28,179 nt of DNA from a virus (IMGVR_UViG_3300025848_000153:1-28179); one strand, 5' to 3'. Shown: positions 18,148-25,555, numbered from the stretch's first letter. Notes: generated by a model not told the origin, from the letters alone. Numbers and translations: made by a program.

Positions 18148-18687
18148 ATGAAACTCGCCTACGCTGACCCACCCTACATCGGTTGCGCGCATCTCTACCG
18201 CGACCACCCGGACTATGCGGGCGAGGTGGATCACGCGGCGCTAATCGAGCGGCTGCAATCCGAGTTCGACGGTTGGGTTCTTCACGCAAGCGCGACGCCG
18301 GACTCAATGGCGGTTCTTGCTCCGCTGGTGAAGGGAACTGGCGCGCGCTGGTGCAGCTGGAGAAAAGGCTTTGCCGCGTTTAAGAAGAACGTCCCCGTTG
18401 CCTGGGCATGGGAGCCGGTCATCATCAAGCCAGCGCGCAAGCAGGTCGTCAGCAAGCGCCTTGTGATGCGAGACTGGATCGACACCGACATTCAGGAATC
18501 AATCACCTTGAGGCGCGGGCTCACAGGCGCGAAACCGGAGAAGGTCTGCCATTGGGCGTTCGAGCTTTTGGGCGCGCGCCCCGAAGATGAGTTGGTTGAT
18601 CTGTTCCCCGGTACGGGCGCTGTCACGCGGGCGTGGAAGATATGGCAAGGCAAGTTCACGTTACCGGCGCTTTCACTTACTGGCTAA
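18148..18687 (+). CDS. orphan amino (N6-A/N4-C) DNA methyltransferase, beta-type motif order
   Basis: YADPPY (motif IV) at the N-terminus, KP...VDLFPGTG (motif I) near the C-terminus; RBS AAGGAG. Confidence 0.85.
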   Translation: MKLAYADPPYIGCAHLYRDHPDYAGEVDHAALIERLQSEFDGWVLHASATPDSMAVLAPLVKGTGARWCSWRKGFAAFKKNVPVAWAWEPVIIKPARKQVVSKRLVMRDWIDTDIQESITLRRGLTGAKPEKVCHWAFELLGARPEDELVDLFPGTGAVTRAWKIWQGKFTLPALSLTG

Positions 18688-18705
18688 ACAATTAAGGAGC
18701 GGAAT

Positions 18706-18897
18706 ATGGACCCTGACGATTGCAAGCAAGAAAAGATTGATGTCACCCCCGAGATGGTCAATGCCGCCCTTGCGGCCCTATCAGCCGCCCTGTCTCAGTT
18801 CGGCGAGCGAGACGCTGATAGCATCGGCAAGACGATCATGGAGATGGTGCTACGGGCCGCGCTCTCATCAATCGGCGGGACAACCAAGCGCGTCTAA
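18706..18897 (+). CDS. small hypothetical protein
   Basis: RBS AAGGAG; IDVTPEMVNAA motif common in alphaproteobacterial phage proteins. Confidence 0.65.
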   Translation: MDPDDCKQEKIDVTPEMVNAALAALSAALSQFGERDADSIGKTIMEMVLRAALSSIGGTTKRV

Positions 18898-19039
18898 TTC
18901 GTCTGACATATCAAACATGAGCTTTTTATATTCGGAACTATCGCAGCTTTTTTCTGGGTCCGACGATGATTGGAGCAATCGTGCGTTCAACCGGCCACAG
19001 CGACCAACCCCTAAAACGTCTGTAACCCATTGAGAAGAC

Positions 19040-19067
19040 TGGTGCCGCAGGCCAGAATTGAACTGGC
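19040..19067 (-). other. tRNA 3' fragment (T arm + acceptor strand + CCA, possibly Thr); relic att core
   Basis: GCCAG-TTCAATT-CTGGC-CTGCGGC-A-CCA on the - strand; followed by IHF-like TCTCAATGGGTTA (19035-19023). Confidence 0.7.
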
Positions 19068-19519
19068 TATGCCGCGTATCTCCACGATCTACCAGACCGG
19101 ATATAGCTTGCAGTTGACGGCGCAATGCCGAATTTGGCGGCAATATCTTTCAGTTTCAGATTGTCTGGATTGGTGCGGATATACCGCACATCATCTTCCG
19201 TAAGATGGGTTCTGCCGTGCTTTTCGCCTCGCGCGATCCGTCCGCGAGTGACGCAATCGGATGAATTGTCCCTATATGTCCCTGTCTGGAGGTGGCGCGG
19301 GTTGCAGCAAGCCGGATTATCGCATGAGTGGCGGATGATCTGGCCTTCTTGAATCGGCCCGTTGACCAGTTCATAGGCGATTTTATGCGCCATAGTCCCG
19401 TGGCATCGGCCATAGCCGAACGCACCCTTGCGGCCAGTCCAGGTCCAGCATTGAAATTCTGAGGGCGCGTCAACTCGTGCCCAAAACAGGGCAACCATGA
19501 TAGGGGTAAGGGTAGCCAT
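19067..19519 (-). CDS. HNH homing-endonuclease-like protein with C-terminal HTH
   Basis: FWARV, CWTWTG, GYG, AHKIAY, IRHSCDNPACCNPRHL..GT..DN motifs; RBS GAGGA. Confidence 0.9.
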   Translation of the reverse strand: MATLTPIMVALFWARVDAPSEFQCWTWTGRKGAFGYGRCHGTMAHKIAYELVNGPIQEGQIIRHSCDNPACCNPRHLQTGTYRDNSSDCVTRGRIARGEKHGRTHLTEDDVRYIRTNPDNLKLKDIAAKFGIAPSTASYIRSGRSWRYAA

Positions 19520-19620
19520 TTGTCCTCTCGCACAGGATGGTGGTTAGGGGGGTGGCAAGCGGTTCCAGCGCGAACCACTCCCCGCTTCGATTACCGAAGC
19601 CTGGAAAGTATAGGGTATTT

Positions 19621-19865
19621 CGCCTTACATTGTAAGGCGCTCTATGTGAAAATCCGCCTTTCAGCACCGCTAAGTGCTTGAAATGGTGGGCGCGGCAGGG
19701 ATCGAACCTGCGAACCCCTCCCGTGTGAAGGGAGTAAATAGCCAGGACTTGCTAGGACTTTTGCCGCATATTGCCTGGAAAAAATACCCCCTAAACCCCA
19801 ACAAACGACTCTCCCGCCTTACAATGTAAGGCGCTTTCTCCGGCTCCTAGCCGACCTGTAAGGCG
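19621..19865. repeat. palindromic arm-type repeats flanking the att core
   Basis: CGCCTTACA(T/A)TGTAAGGCG at 19621-19639 and 19815-19833; half-site TGTAAGGCG at 19857-19865. Confidence 0.8.
19684..19735 (-). mobile_element. attP core: 3' 52 nt of tRNA-Val(CAC)
   Basis: A-CTCCC-TT-CAC-AC-GGGAG-GGGTTC-GCAGG-TTCGATC-CCTGC-CGCGCCC-A-CCA; no 5' half; near the integrase; IHF-like TTTCAAGCACTTA (19683-19671). Confidence 0.9.
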
Positions 19866-20344
19866 GCGGCGCGGCATGACGCCGAACAATATCTCGCGTC
19901 CGCCCGCACCGCGATGAATCCGTCGCCACAAGTGGCACACAGTTTTTCATGTCTGCTACGGGGCTTCTTTGGGTGTTTTGGCTTTCTAACATTCCCAGCA
20001 GATCGCCATTCTTGCCACCGCTTTGTCGCGGCGGCAGACATCCCGATACTCGTTCTCATATCGCCTTCTGTGGTCCTATTTCTCCGTTGTTCTGAGGCGT
20101 TCGCCCACCGGCAGTTTTGAGGCGAGTATGGGCCATATGGGTCTATACGATCCAAAGACATGCCCGCTGGACGTTCCCCCATATCAGCGAGATACACCTT
20201 AAAATCACGCCACCTTTCGCAAACAGTAATGCCTTTGGCCCCGTAAAGATAAAACGATGAGTTATTTTTGTTTTCGCACCTGTTCCACATCGCGGCCCAT
20301 GCGCCATACATAAAGTGGGATCGCACTCCTGCACTCTTTTTCAT
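19847..20344 (-). CDS. HNH-type endonuclease with C-terminal Cys4 zinc finger
   Basis: [39 protein letters not shown]; CATC...YCSASC. Confidence 0.85.
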   Translation of the reverse strand: MKKSAGVRSHFMYGAWAAMWNRCENKNNSSFYLYGAKGITVCERWRDFKVYLADMGERPAGMSLDRIDPYGPYSPQNCRWANASEQRRNRTTEGDMRTSIGMSAAATKRWQEWRSAGNVRKPKHPKKPRSRHEKLCATCGDGFIAVRADARYCSASCRAAALQVG

Positions 20345-20361
20345 TGTGTAGCTCGAATAAA

Positions 20362-21333
20362 TTACGAGCCAAATTGTAGAGAATTTGCGGCATTTTTTAA
20401 ATAGTTTGGAGAAAACTTTGCGTAAACCCGCTCCACGGTGCGCTCGGAATCCCCCAGCATCCGCGCCACTTCGGCTATAGGTATCCCGGCCCCGACCATC
20501 CAGCTTGCGCCGGTATGGCGAAGGATGTGCGGCGTGGCCCCGACTATCCCGGCCCGCTTGCAGGCGGCGGCAAAGCCCTTCTTGACCGATGCAATCGGCC
20601 TGCCGTGATATTCGATGATGTAAGGCGAGCAGGCGAGCTTCTTGGCGTCGGTTAGGGCCTCGAAAGCCTCCGCGTTCAGGGGGACTACAGCCCGGCGCTT
20701 ATTCCCGTGGCCGTCGCCCAGGTCCATGACTTTCCGGCCCCAATCTATCTGGCTCCACTGCGCCTCTATGATGGCCCCGGATCGGGCACAGGTGGCTAAA
20801 GCCAGGACTACGAACAGGCGAATGTGCTGGTCGTGACAGGCCGCTATAAGGCGTCTGGCTTCGTCTTTAGACAGCCAGCGTTCGCGGGGCTTGGGTGTGG
20901 GAACGGGATTAAGGATTTCTGGCCGTCGATTTATGAGTTTGTGACGTTCGGCCCAGCCGAGGGCTGCCCGTAGAACGCCGATCTCGCGAAGGATGGTTCC
21001 TGCGGACGCGCCCCGCTCCAGCGCATACCGCTTGATGACAGTTGGGGTCAGGTGATCTGGCCTTAGTTTCCCAAGCCTCTTATCAAGGGCCGCCACACCG
21101 TATTTAAGCCCGTCCTGGCCCCTAAGCCCCCTTCCGTGGTCATCTCGATACCCCTTTAGGATTTGGCCGACTGTGGGGCTTTCTAGGGCTGGTTCTTGGC
21201 TTCCGGCAACGAACTGGGCGAAGAAAGTCTCTGCCTCAGAGCGACTACGCGACCCTGTTGAAATGCGTCTTTTGAGCCTCGGCCCGTGGAGGACGTACCA
21301 GACGCCGTTTTTGTGTCGCCAGAGCTTGAACAT
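20362..21333 (-). CDS. int: tyrosine integrase
   Basis: ATCAR (R), K, HILRH (HxxR), MLGDS, VYA (Y) catalytic motifs. Confidence 0.95.
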   Translation of the reverse strand: MFKLWRHKNGVWYVLHGPRLKRRISTGSRSRSEAETFFAQFVAGSQEPALESPTVGQILKGYRDDHGRGLRGQDGLKYGVAALDKRLGKLRPDHLTPTVIKRYALERGASAGTILREIGVLRAALGWAERHKLINRRPEILNPVPTPKPRERWLSKDEARRLIAACHDQHIRLFVVLALATCARSGAIIEAQWSQIDWGRKVMDLGDGHGNKRRAVVPLNAEAFEALTDAKKLACSPYIIEYHGRPIASVKKGFAAACKRAGIVGATPHILRHTGASWMVGAGIPIAEVARMLGDSERTVERVYAKFSPNYLKNAANSLQFGS

Positions 21334-21512
21334 GATGCAACCTCGTAAGCCAGCACGGCTTCGCGGGTGAGCCTTACAGACCCGCCTATTCGTAGGGCGG
21401 GGAGTTCCCCTCGGTCAATAAGGCGGGCGACCGTTTTGGGGGATACCCCCCACCAATCGGCAACCATTGCGATGGTGTTCCTTTCAGCCAACTCAGCGGG
21501 GCGGCGGGTCAT
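21183..21512 (-). CDS. xis: excisionase-like HTH protein overlapping the int start
   Basis: VADWWGVSPKTVARLIDRGELPALRIGGSVR is an HTH_17-type motif; overlaps int by ~150 nt. Confidence 0.8.
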   Translation of the reverse strand: MTRRPAELAERNTIAMVADWWGVSPKTVARLIDRGELPALRIGGSVRLTREAVLAYEVASCSSSGDTKTASGTSSTGRGSKDAFQQGRVVALRQRLSSPSSLPEAKNQP

Positions 21513-21823
21513 AGCCGGGCCTGCGTTCTTGCTGTGGCTTCATGCGACTGCCATTCCATCGCGCGCATCCTGAGATATTCCATTTCAACCCTAGCCTTGT
21601 TTGCAGCGGTCCTCGCCTCGCACATTTTACGGATGTATTCGGCCCAATCGGCGGAAGCCTTCACGATCAATTCGGCGCGCGAAACTGGAATGTCGCCTAG
21701 CTTGGTCATGGATTGTGAGAGAACGGCGCTCTTGTTTTCTTCGAGCATCGAAGCGGCGGCTTCGAGGTCCGCGTGTTTGAGCGCGGCGCTGTGCCACTGC
21801 TCGCTGATTGGGGTGTTACTCAT
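21509..21823 (-). CDS. helical hypothetical protein
   Basis: ATGA-coupled to xis; coiled-coil-like. Confidence 0.7.
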   Translation of the reverse strand: MSNTPISEQWHSAALKHADLEAAASMLEENKSAVLSQSMTKLGDIPVSRAELIVKASADWAEYIRKMCEARTAANKARVEMEYLRMRAMEWQSHEATARTQARL

Positions 21824-21840
21824 CTCATGCAGTCCTTAGT

Positions 21841-21910
21841 TAGCCTTGCCTTGCCTAGCCACGCCTTGCCACGCCTGGCCCAGCCCCGCCCCGCCAAGCC
21901 CCGCCACGCC
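21841..21910. repeat. (NNGCC)14 pentamer array
   Basis: 14 uninterrupted units: tagcc ttgcc ttgcc tagcc acgcc ttgcc acgcc tggcc cagcc ccgcc ccgcc aagcc ccgcc acgcc. Confidence 0.95.
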
Positions 21911-21914
21911 GCGA

Positions 21915-22247
21915 TTAATTACGTTCAACAATTTCTCCCGACACTTTCCGCTTCCATTTCGATTTCTTCGATCCAGCCATAGGCGGGCCTTTGCGTGTTC
22001 TACCGCCTGTGGCGAGGCGCGCGACTTTCGCATTCGCCTTGATGTCCTTCGCCGTCTTTGCCTTATGGCAATCCGAGCATAGGGCTTTGAGATTGTCGTC
22101 TGCATCGTCGCCGCCGTGTATCAATGCCTGCCGGTGATCTACTTCCCAATGGCCTGGGCGCATCTGCCTCTTGCAATCGAAGCAGACGCCACCCTGCGCG
22201 AGAAATATCTGCACACGGCGTTTGATTGGGATGGAGCGGCGGTCCAT
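21915..22247 (-). CDS. HNH endonuclease (NinG/gp74-like size)
   Basis: CFDC...EVDH.QAL..GG.D...NL..LC..CH..KT motif. Confidence 0.88.
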   Translation of the reverse strand: MDRRSIPIKRRVQIFLAQGGVCFDCKRQMRPGHWEVDHRQALIHGGDDADDNLKALCSDCHKAKTAKDIKANAKVARLATGGRTRKGPPMAGSKKSKWKRKVSGEIVERN

Positions 22248-22453
22248 TAGAACGGCTCACGCTCCGCTGGCTCTTTCTTCTCGCGCGGCGGAACGATGCT
22301 GAAAGAATATTGGCCGTCCGTAGATGCCGGAATCGCGTCGAGATAGACGTTGAACCCGCCGTCCTCGCGCTTCTTTGCCGAACCAAGGCGAATGAAAATC
22401 ACCCTATCGCTCTTGGTTTTCTTAAATTGCCCGACGTCAAAATAGTCGCTCAT
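22247..22453 (-). CDS. small putative ssDNA-binding protein
   Basis: 68 aa, RLGSA...DGGFNVYLDAIP; ends EREPF; RBS AGGAG; directly downstream of ERF. Confidence 0.55.
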   Translation of the reverse strand: MSDYFDVGQFKKTKSDRVIFIRLGSAKKREDGGFNVYLDAIPASTDGQYSFSIVPPREKKEPAEREPF

Positions 22454-22462
22454 GTTTTTCTC

Positions 22463-23095
22463 CTATTCAGCGGCTTCGCGGGATTGCGTAAGCGCGTTGC
22501 TCTTGGCCTGAATTGCGTCAACTAGGCGCTTGTGAGCGGCCTCGTTATGGTCGCGCACATGCGCGATTGCGGTTGCGTTCTTGCGGTGCCACGCGGATAA
22601 ATCCTCCGCGCTCCGCATCGTCGCCACGATCTTCTCGGCTTCTGCGGCCCATTGTGTTGCCGCCGTTTTGCGGTTGGGCTGTTGCTCTTTTTGCGGTGGG
22701 CGTCCACTGGCTGCTTCGCCGTCGTCATCCTCATCGACAGAGACAACGCCAACCATTGCCGCGAGGGCGTAGCGTTTCGCGTAGGTGACGGCGCTGCCCA
22801 TGCCTTGCGGATCGTCCTTGACCGGCTTCAAGCGATAGCGCCCACTGATCCATTGGCCGGATGAATGCATAAGAGTGGTTTCCAGCCATGTTACATCGCC
22901 GTCAAAGTCGGTCGATTGCGTCACCGCAAGGTTGTTCTTGGTAAGGGCCTCGATGCAGGCTTCGCGGACCATCGCGAGGTCGGCATAACTGGATTTGAAA
23001 AATGGGTTTTCCTTCCCCTTCCCAGCGGTCTTAATCTCGGATTGCGCTTTGGCTAATGCCGCCGCGAGTTCATTGATCTGTTCGGACTGTTTCAT
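22463..23095 (-). CDS. erf: ERF-family single-strand annealing protein
   Basis: ELAAALAKAQ, NPFFKSSYADL, LMHSSGQW, PQGMGSAVTYAKRYAL, EDDDG motifs. Confidence 0.92.
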   Translation of the reverse strand: MKQSEQINELAAALAKAQSEIKTAGKGKENPFFKSSYADLAMVREACIEALTKNNLAVTQSTDFDGDVTWLETTLMHSSGQWISGRYRLKPVKDDPQGMGSAVTYAKRYALAAMVGVVSVDEDDDGEAASGRPPQKEQQPNRKTAATQWAAEAEKIVATMRSAEDLSAWHRKNATAIAHVRDHNEAAHKRLVDAIQAKSNALTQSREAAE

Positions 23096-23409
23096 GGTGA
23101 TTCCCTTTCTTCGCCTGCCAGAAGCGCCCAAAGACGCTCCAGATATTCTTCCTTGCTTATCGGGCGCTTGGCGCATATGGGCCAAACGTCATCTGGTTCG
23201 CGAGCGGCCCCGGCCAACTCAGCGCATAGCTTTTCGTCCTCGATCAGATCGCCAAATTCGTCGCGCTCGCCGTGCCAGAAGATTGAGACGGGGAGCATCC
23301 CGGCCTGCGTCTTAATCAGGAAGTAGCCGCACTCCGGCTCGGTATGGATTGGCGGCTTTTCACCACCCACCGCGCGCTTATGCCAGCGGAGCGGATCATT
23401 CTGCGGCAT
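23092..23409 (-). CDS. hypothetical protein (MPQNDPLRWH...)
   Basis: PECGYF, PVSI.W, W..CAKRPIS..EY motifs; coupled to erf. Confidence 0.7.
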   Translation of the reverse strand: MPQNDPLRWHKRAVGGEKPPIHTEPECGYFLIKTQAGMLPVSIFWHGERDEFGDLIEDEKLCAELAGAAREPDDVWPICAKRPISKEEYLERLWALLAGEERESP

Positions 23410-23578
23410 TGGCTTCCTCTTGCATCCGCTCGCACTCGGCATAGAAGTCCATGCGGCATACCTCACACAGAACGCGCTCGGCATGTTGCCGCTTGTAATT
23501 CCCGACATAGACGAAGCATTCCGGGTCGTTGTCAGAGTTGATAAGTGACCCGCAATCCTCACAGGTGATCCATCTCAT
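23396..23578 (-). CDS. small Cys4 zinc-finger protein
   Basis: CEDC...CEVC. Confidence 0.65.
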   Translation of the reverse strand: MRWITCEDCGSLINSDNDPECFVYVGNYKRQHAERVLCEVCRMDFYAECERMQEEANAAE

Positions 23579-23679
23579 TCGCTCAGTCTCCCGATCTGAT
23601 AAAATACAACGCGCCAGCCCACGTTTACGGACGGGTCGTCGTAATACGGAAACAGCTTGGAGAGGATTTTCTGGATCAC
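23575..23679 (-). CDS. 34-aa micro-ORF (MIQKILSKLFPYY...)
   Basis: GTGA overlap at the start and ATGA overlap at the stop. Confidence 0.5.
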   Translation of the reverse strand: MIQKILSKLFPYYDDPSVNVGWRVVFYQIGRLSE

Positions 23680-23759
23680 AGCGCCACCATCGGGCCGATC
23701 ATGAAGATCACAACAGCCGCCAGAAAGAAGAACGCCGCCAGGGCTTCGCGCCAGTTCAC
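23676..23759 (-). CDS. 27-aa single-TM micro-ORF (MNWREALAAFFFLAAVVIFMIGPMVAL)
   Basis: GTGA overlaps at both ends; fully hydrophobic. Confidence 0.55.
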   Translation of the reverse strand: MNWREALAAFFFLAAVVIFMIGPMVAL

Positions 23760-24136
23760 ATGCGCCCCCATTGATCTTCGGTTACATTGCAATCAATAAA
23801 CGGGATGCGGCTTACCTCGTCCCATTCGTGCCCGGCCCGCTTCATCTTCGCGGCCCATTCCAAAGCCATCTCTTTGGAGATGTCGGCGCGGTCGCCGTAT
23901 CTGCCGATCTTTATCACCCGCATGGACCAGCTTTCGCTCGACGCCTGGTCCAGTCGTTCAAGCAGATCGGCGCGGCATGTGAGCTGCGCGGCTGGCGTTT
24001 CCGGCGTGAAGGCGTCAATGCAGCGCGGCGCGCAGATGACGAGGTAGATGTCGCCGGTAAGCAGCGCATCGACGCGGGCCTGAGCCTCCGTGCGGACGGT
24101 TTTAGAAATGGCTTCTAGCTTGGGGCTGATGTTCAT
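23756..24136 (-). CDS. first gene of the early-left operon, hypothetical
   Basis: RBS GGGAG 6 nt before ATG at 24136; downstream of the PL-like promoter. Confidence 0.7.
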   Translation of the reverse strand: MNISPKLEAISKTVRTEAQARVDALLTGDIYLVICAPRCIDAFTPETPAAQLTCRADLLERLDQASSESWSMRVIKIGRYGDRADISKEMALEWAAKMKRAGHEWDEVSRIPFIDCNVTEDQWGRM

Positions 24137-24163
24137 GCCCATCTCCCGATCTGATGGGGAGAA

Positions 24164-24214
24164 GTTCGCACATTTGGAACCATTGCGCAATAGAAAAGTT
24201 CCGTATGTACGAAA
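24164..24214 (-). promoter_or_regulatory. PL-like promoter/operators
   Basis: -35 TTGCGC (24190-24185); operator GTTCCAAATGTGCGAAC (24180-24164); 13/17 copy at 24198-24214. Confidence 0.75.
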
Positions 24215-24344
24215 CATTTCTAAAAACACAGCCATGTCAGTGTGTTATTGCTAGAAAGCAGCCCCAAGCCCACGCTCGACTGAAATGATGAGCTAGCCTT
24301 GCTCAACACCTGCGCCCTTGACGCGGGCAGCGCGTTGAGAGGCT

Positions 24345-24653
24345 TTACGCCCGGCGCTTATTCTCGGCGGGAGCTTGAGGGGGCGGGGGCAGGATGCGAC
24401 CGCGCTCGGCATGCATCCGTCCATCGGGTGTCATTGGGTTTACTTCGAGCAGGTATCCGCGCGTGACGCCTAGAATACGGCTGAACGCTGCTAGATCATC
24501 CTCGTTGAATCGCTGTTTGCCGCACACAAGCTCGCTGACCCGGCCCTTAGAACGGCCCCACGCCTCCGCAACGTCAGCCTGCGAGACGCTTAGGTATTCA
24601 AGCCATTCGGCCACGTACCAACCGGGGCGGGCTTCTGTGCGTCTTTTGACCAT
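24345..24653 (-). CDS. CI-like XRE-family repressor without peptidase domain
   Basis: SQADVAEAWGRSKGRVSELVCGK HTH; divergent from a cro-like gene; 102 aa. Confidence 0.8.
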   Translation of the reverse strand: MVKRRTEARPGWYVAEWLEYLSVSQADVAEAWGRSKGRVSELVCGKQRFNEDDLAAFSRILGVTRGYLLEVNPMTPDGRMHAERGRILPPPPQAPAENKRRA

Positions 24654-24697
24654 AATTAATTATGGAACCTTTGACTTTCGATGTCGTTAGATAATTT

Positions 24698-24740
24698 CGG
24701 AACTCCTCTATTGACGGATCGTTCCAAATGTGCGAACAAT
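24698..24740 (+). promoter_or_regulatory. PR-like promoter/operator
   Basis: -35 TTGACG (24711-24716); operator GTTCCAAATGTGCGAAC (24721-24737); -10-like AACAAT (24735-24740). Confidence 0.75.
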
Positions 24741-24747
24741 TCGGGCC

Positions 24748-24945
24748 ATGAGCAACCCGATAGCGAAATACGCACGTGAGGCCGAGATCGGCACCACTGA
24801 ATTGGCGTCTCGGCTCGGCATTTCCAAGGGCTCGGCCTCGGAATTAATTTCTGGCAAGCGCGGGATAGGCAAAAAAACCGCAAAACGCATGGCGAAACTC
24901 ACGGGCCTGCCTTGGCACTTTTTTATGTCGGGGGACGCCCCGTGA
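24748..24945 (+). CDS. Cro-like HTH regulator
   Basis: TELASRLGISKGSASELISGKR HTH; divergent from the repressor. Confidence 0.85.
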   Translation: MSNPIAKYAREAEIGTTELASRLGISKGSASELISGKRGIGKKTAKRMAKLTGLPWHFFMSGDAP

Positions 24946-24946
24946 T

Positions 24947-25237
24947 CTATTTTGCACCAAAATGGCAGCTTTGGGCGTGGGGACACGCGCGACAAAATTC
25001 TCGCCAGATTTCAATGGCGTGTTCGCGCTGTTCGCGCGCTGAAAATCGCGGATCACGCCGCTCCATCAGCACGGCTACGTTATGCGGAAGCGGAACGCCA
25101 AGCCCGCGTCGGATTGGCCCGACGCCACGCTTCGCGCACCACTTCCAGCCTTTCGTTTTCCTTAGATCATCGGCGCGGGCAAGCTCAGATTGGGAAACAG
25201 ACATAAGAGTCCTTGCGACCTGGATTGTAAAATCCAC
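24947..25237 (-). CDS. possible antisense-oriented hypothetical protein
   Basis: GGGGAG RBS then GTG at 25237; competing + strand ORFs lack good RBSs; true frame uncertain. Confidence 0.3.
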   Translation of the reverse strand: MDFTIQVARTLMSVSQSELARADDLRKTKGWKWCAKRGVGPIRRGLGVPLPHNVAVLMERRDPRFSAREQREHAIEIWREFCRACPHAQSCHFGAK

Positions 25238-25555
25238 TTGCTTCTCCCCCGTACATGCGATCATTCAGGCCATCATTACCTCAACTTGTCAAATTTGTAA
25301 GACACTGGTTGGCCTCATCCGGGCGGATTCCGGGGCCGATGCGCTGCACACAAACCGACTGCCTCCACCCCACGGAGCAACGGCGCAGCGCGCGGGATGC
25401 GTTGGTTCCCCCGGCGCATCCCACGAAATTCAAATCCCCCGAAATGGTTTGGTTCCCAAATCCAAAACCTTGGCAGGGGGTTATGGGCGAGGGGTCATTC
25501 CCTCGCCCGCTTATACAAAAGGCCGACTTGGCACTTGTGAAAATTCGGGGGCACG

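Noticed and set aside
18148-18897. Restriction-modification system
   Set aside because: No restriction endonuclease gene adjacent; neighbours are tiny ORFs
19040-19620. tRNA gene interrupted by an HNH-containing intron
   Set aside because: No matching tRNA 5' half (GCCGCAG...) upstream of the HNH and no recognisable group I core
19684-19735. Functional tRNA-Val gene
   Set aside because: The 5' acceptor strand and D arm are absent; context fits an attP core
21841-21910. CRISPR array
   Set aside because: 5-bp period with no repeat-spacer architecture; no cas genes in the window
21836-22105. ORFs on both strands across the pentamer array
   Set aside because: They overlap the HNH gene and are low-complexity translations of the repeat
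24164-24737. Alphaproteobacterial LexA boxes
   Set aside because: The sites are inverted GTTC-N9-GAAC, not the direct GTTC-N7-GTTC repeat; they fit phage operators better
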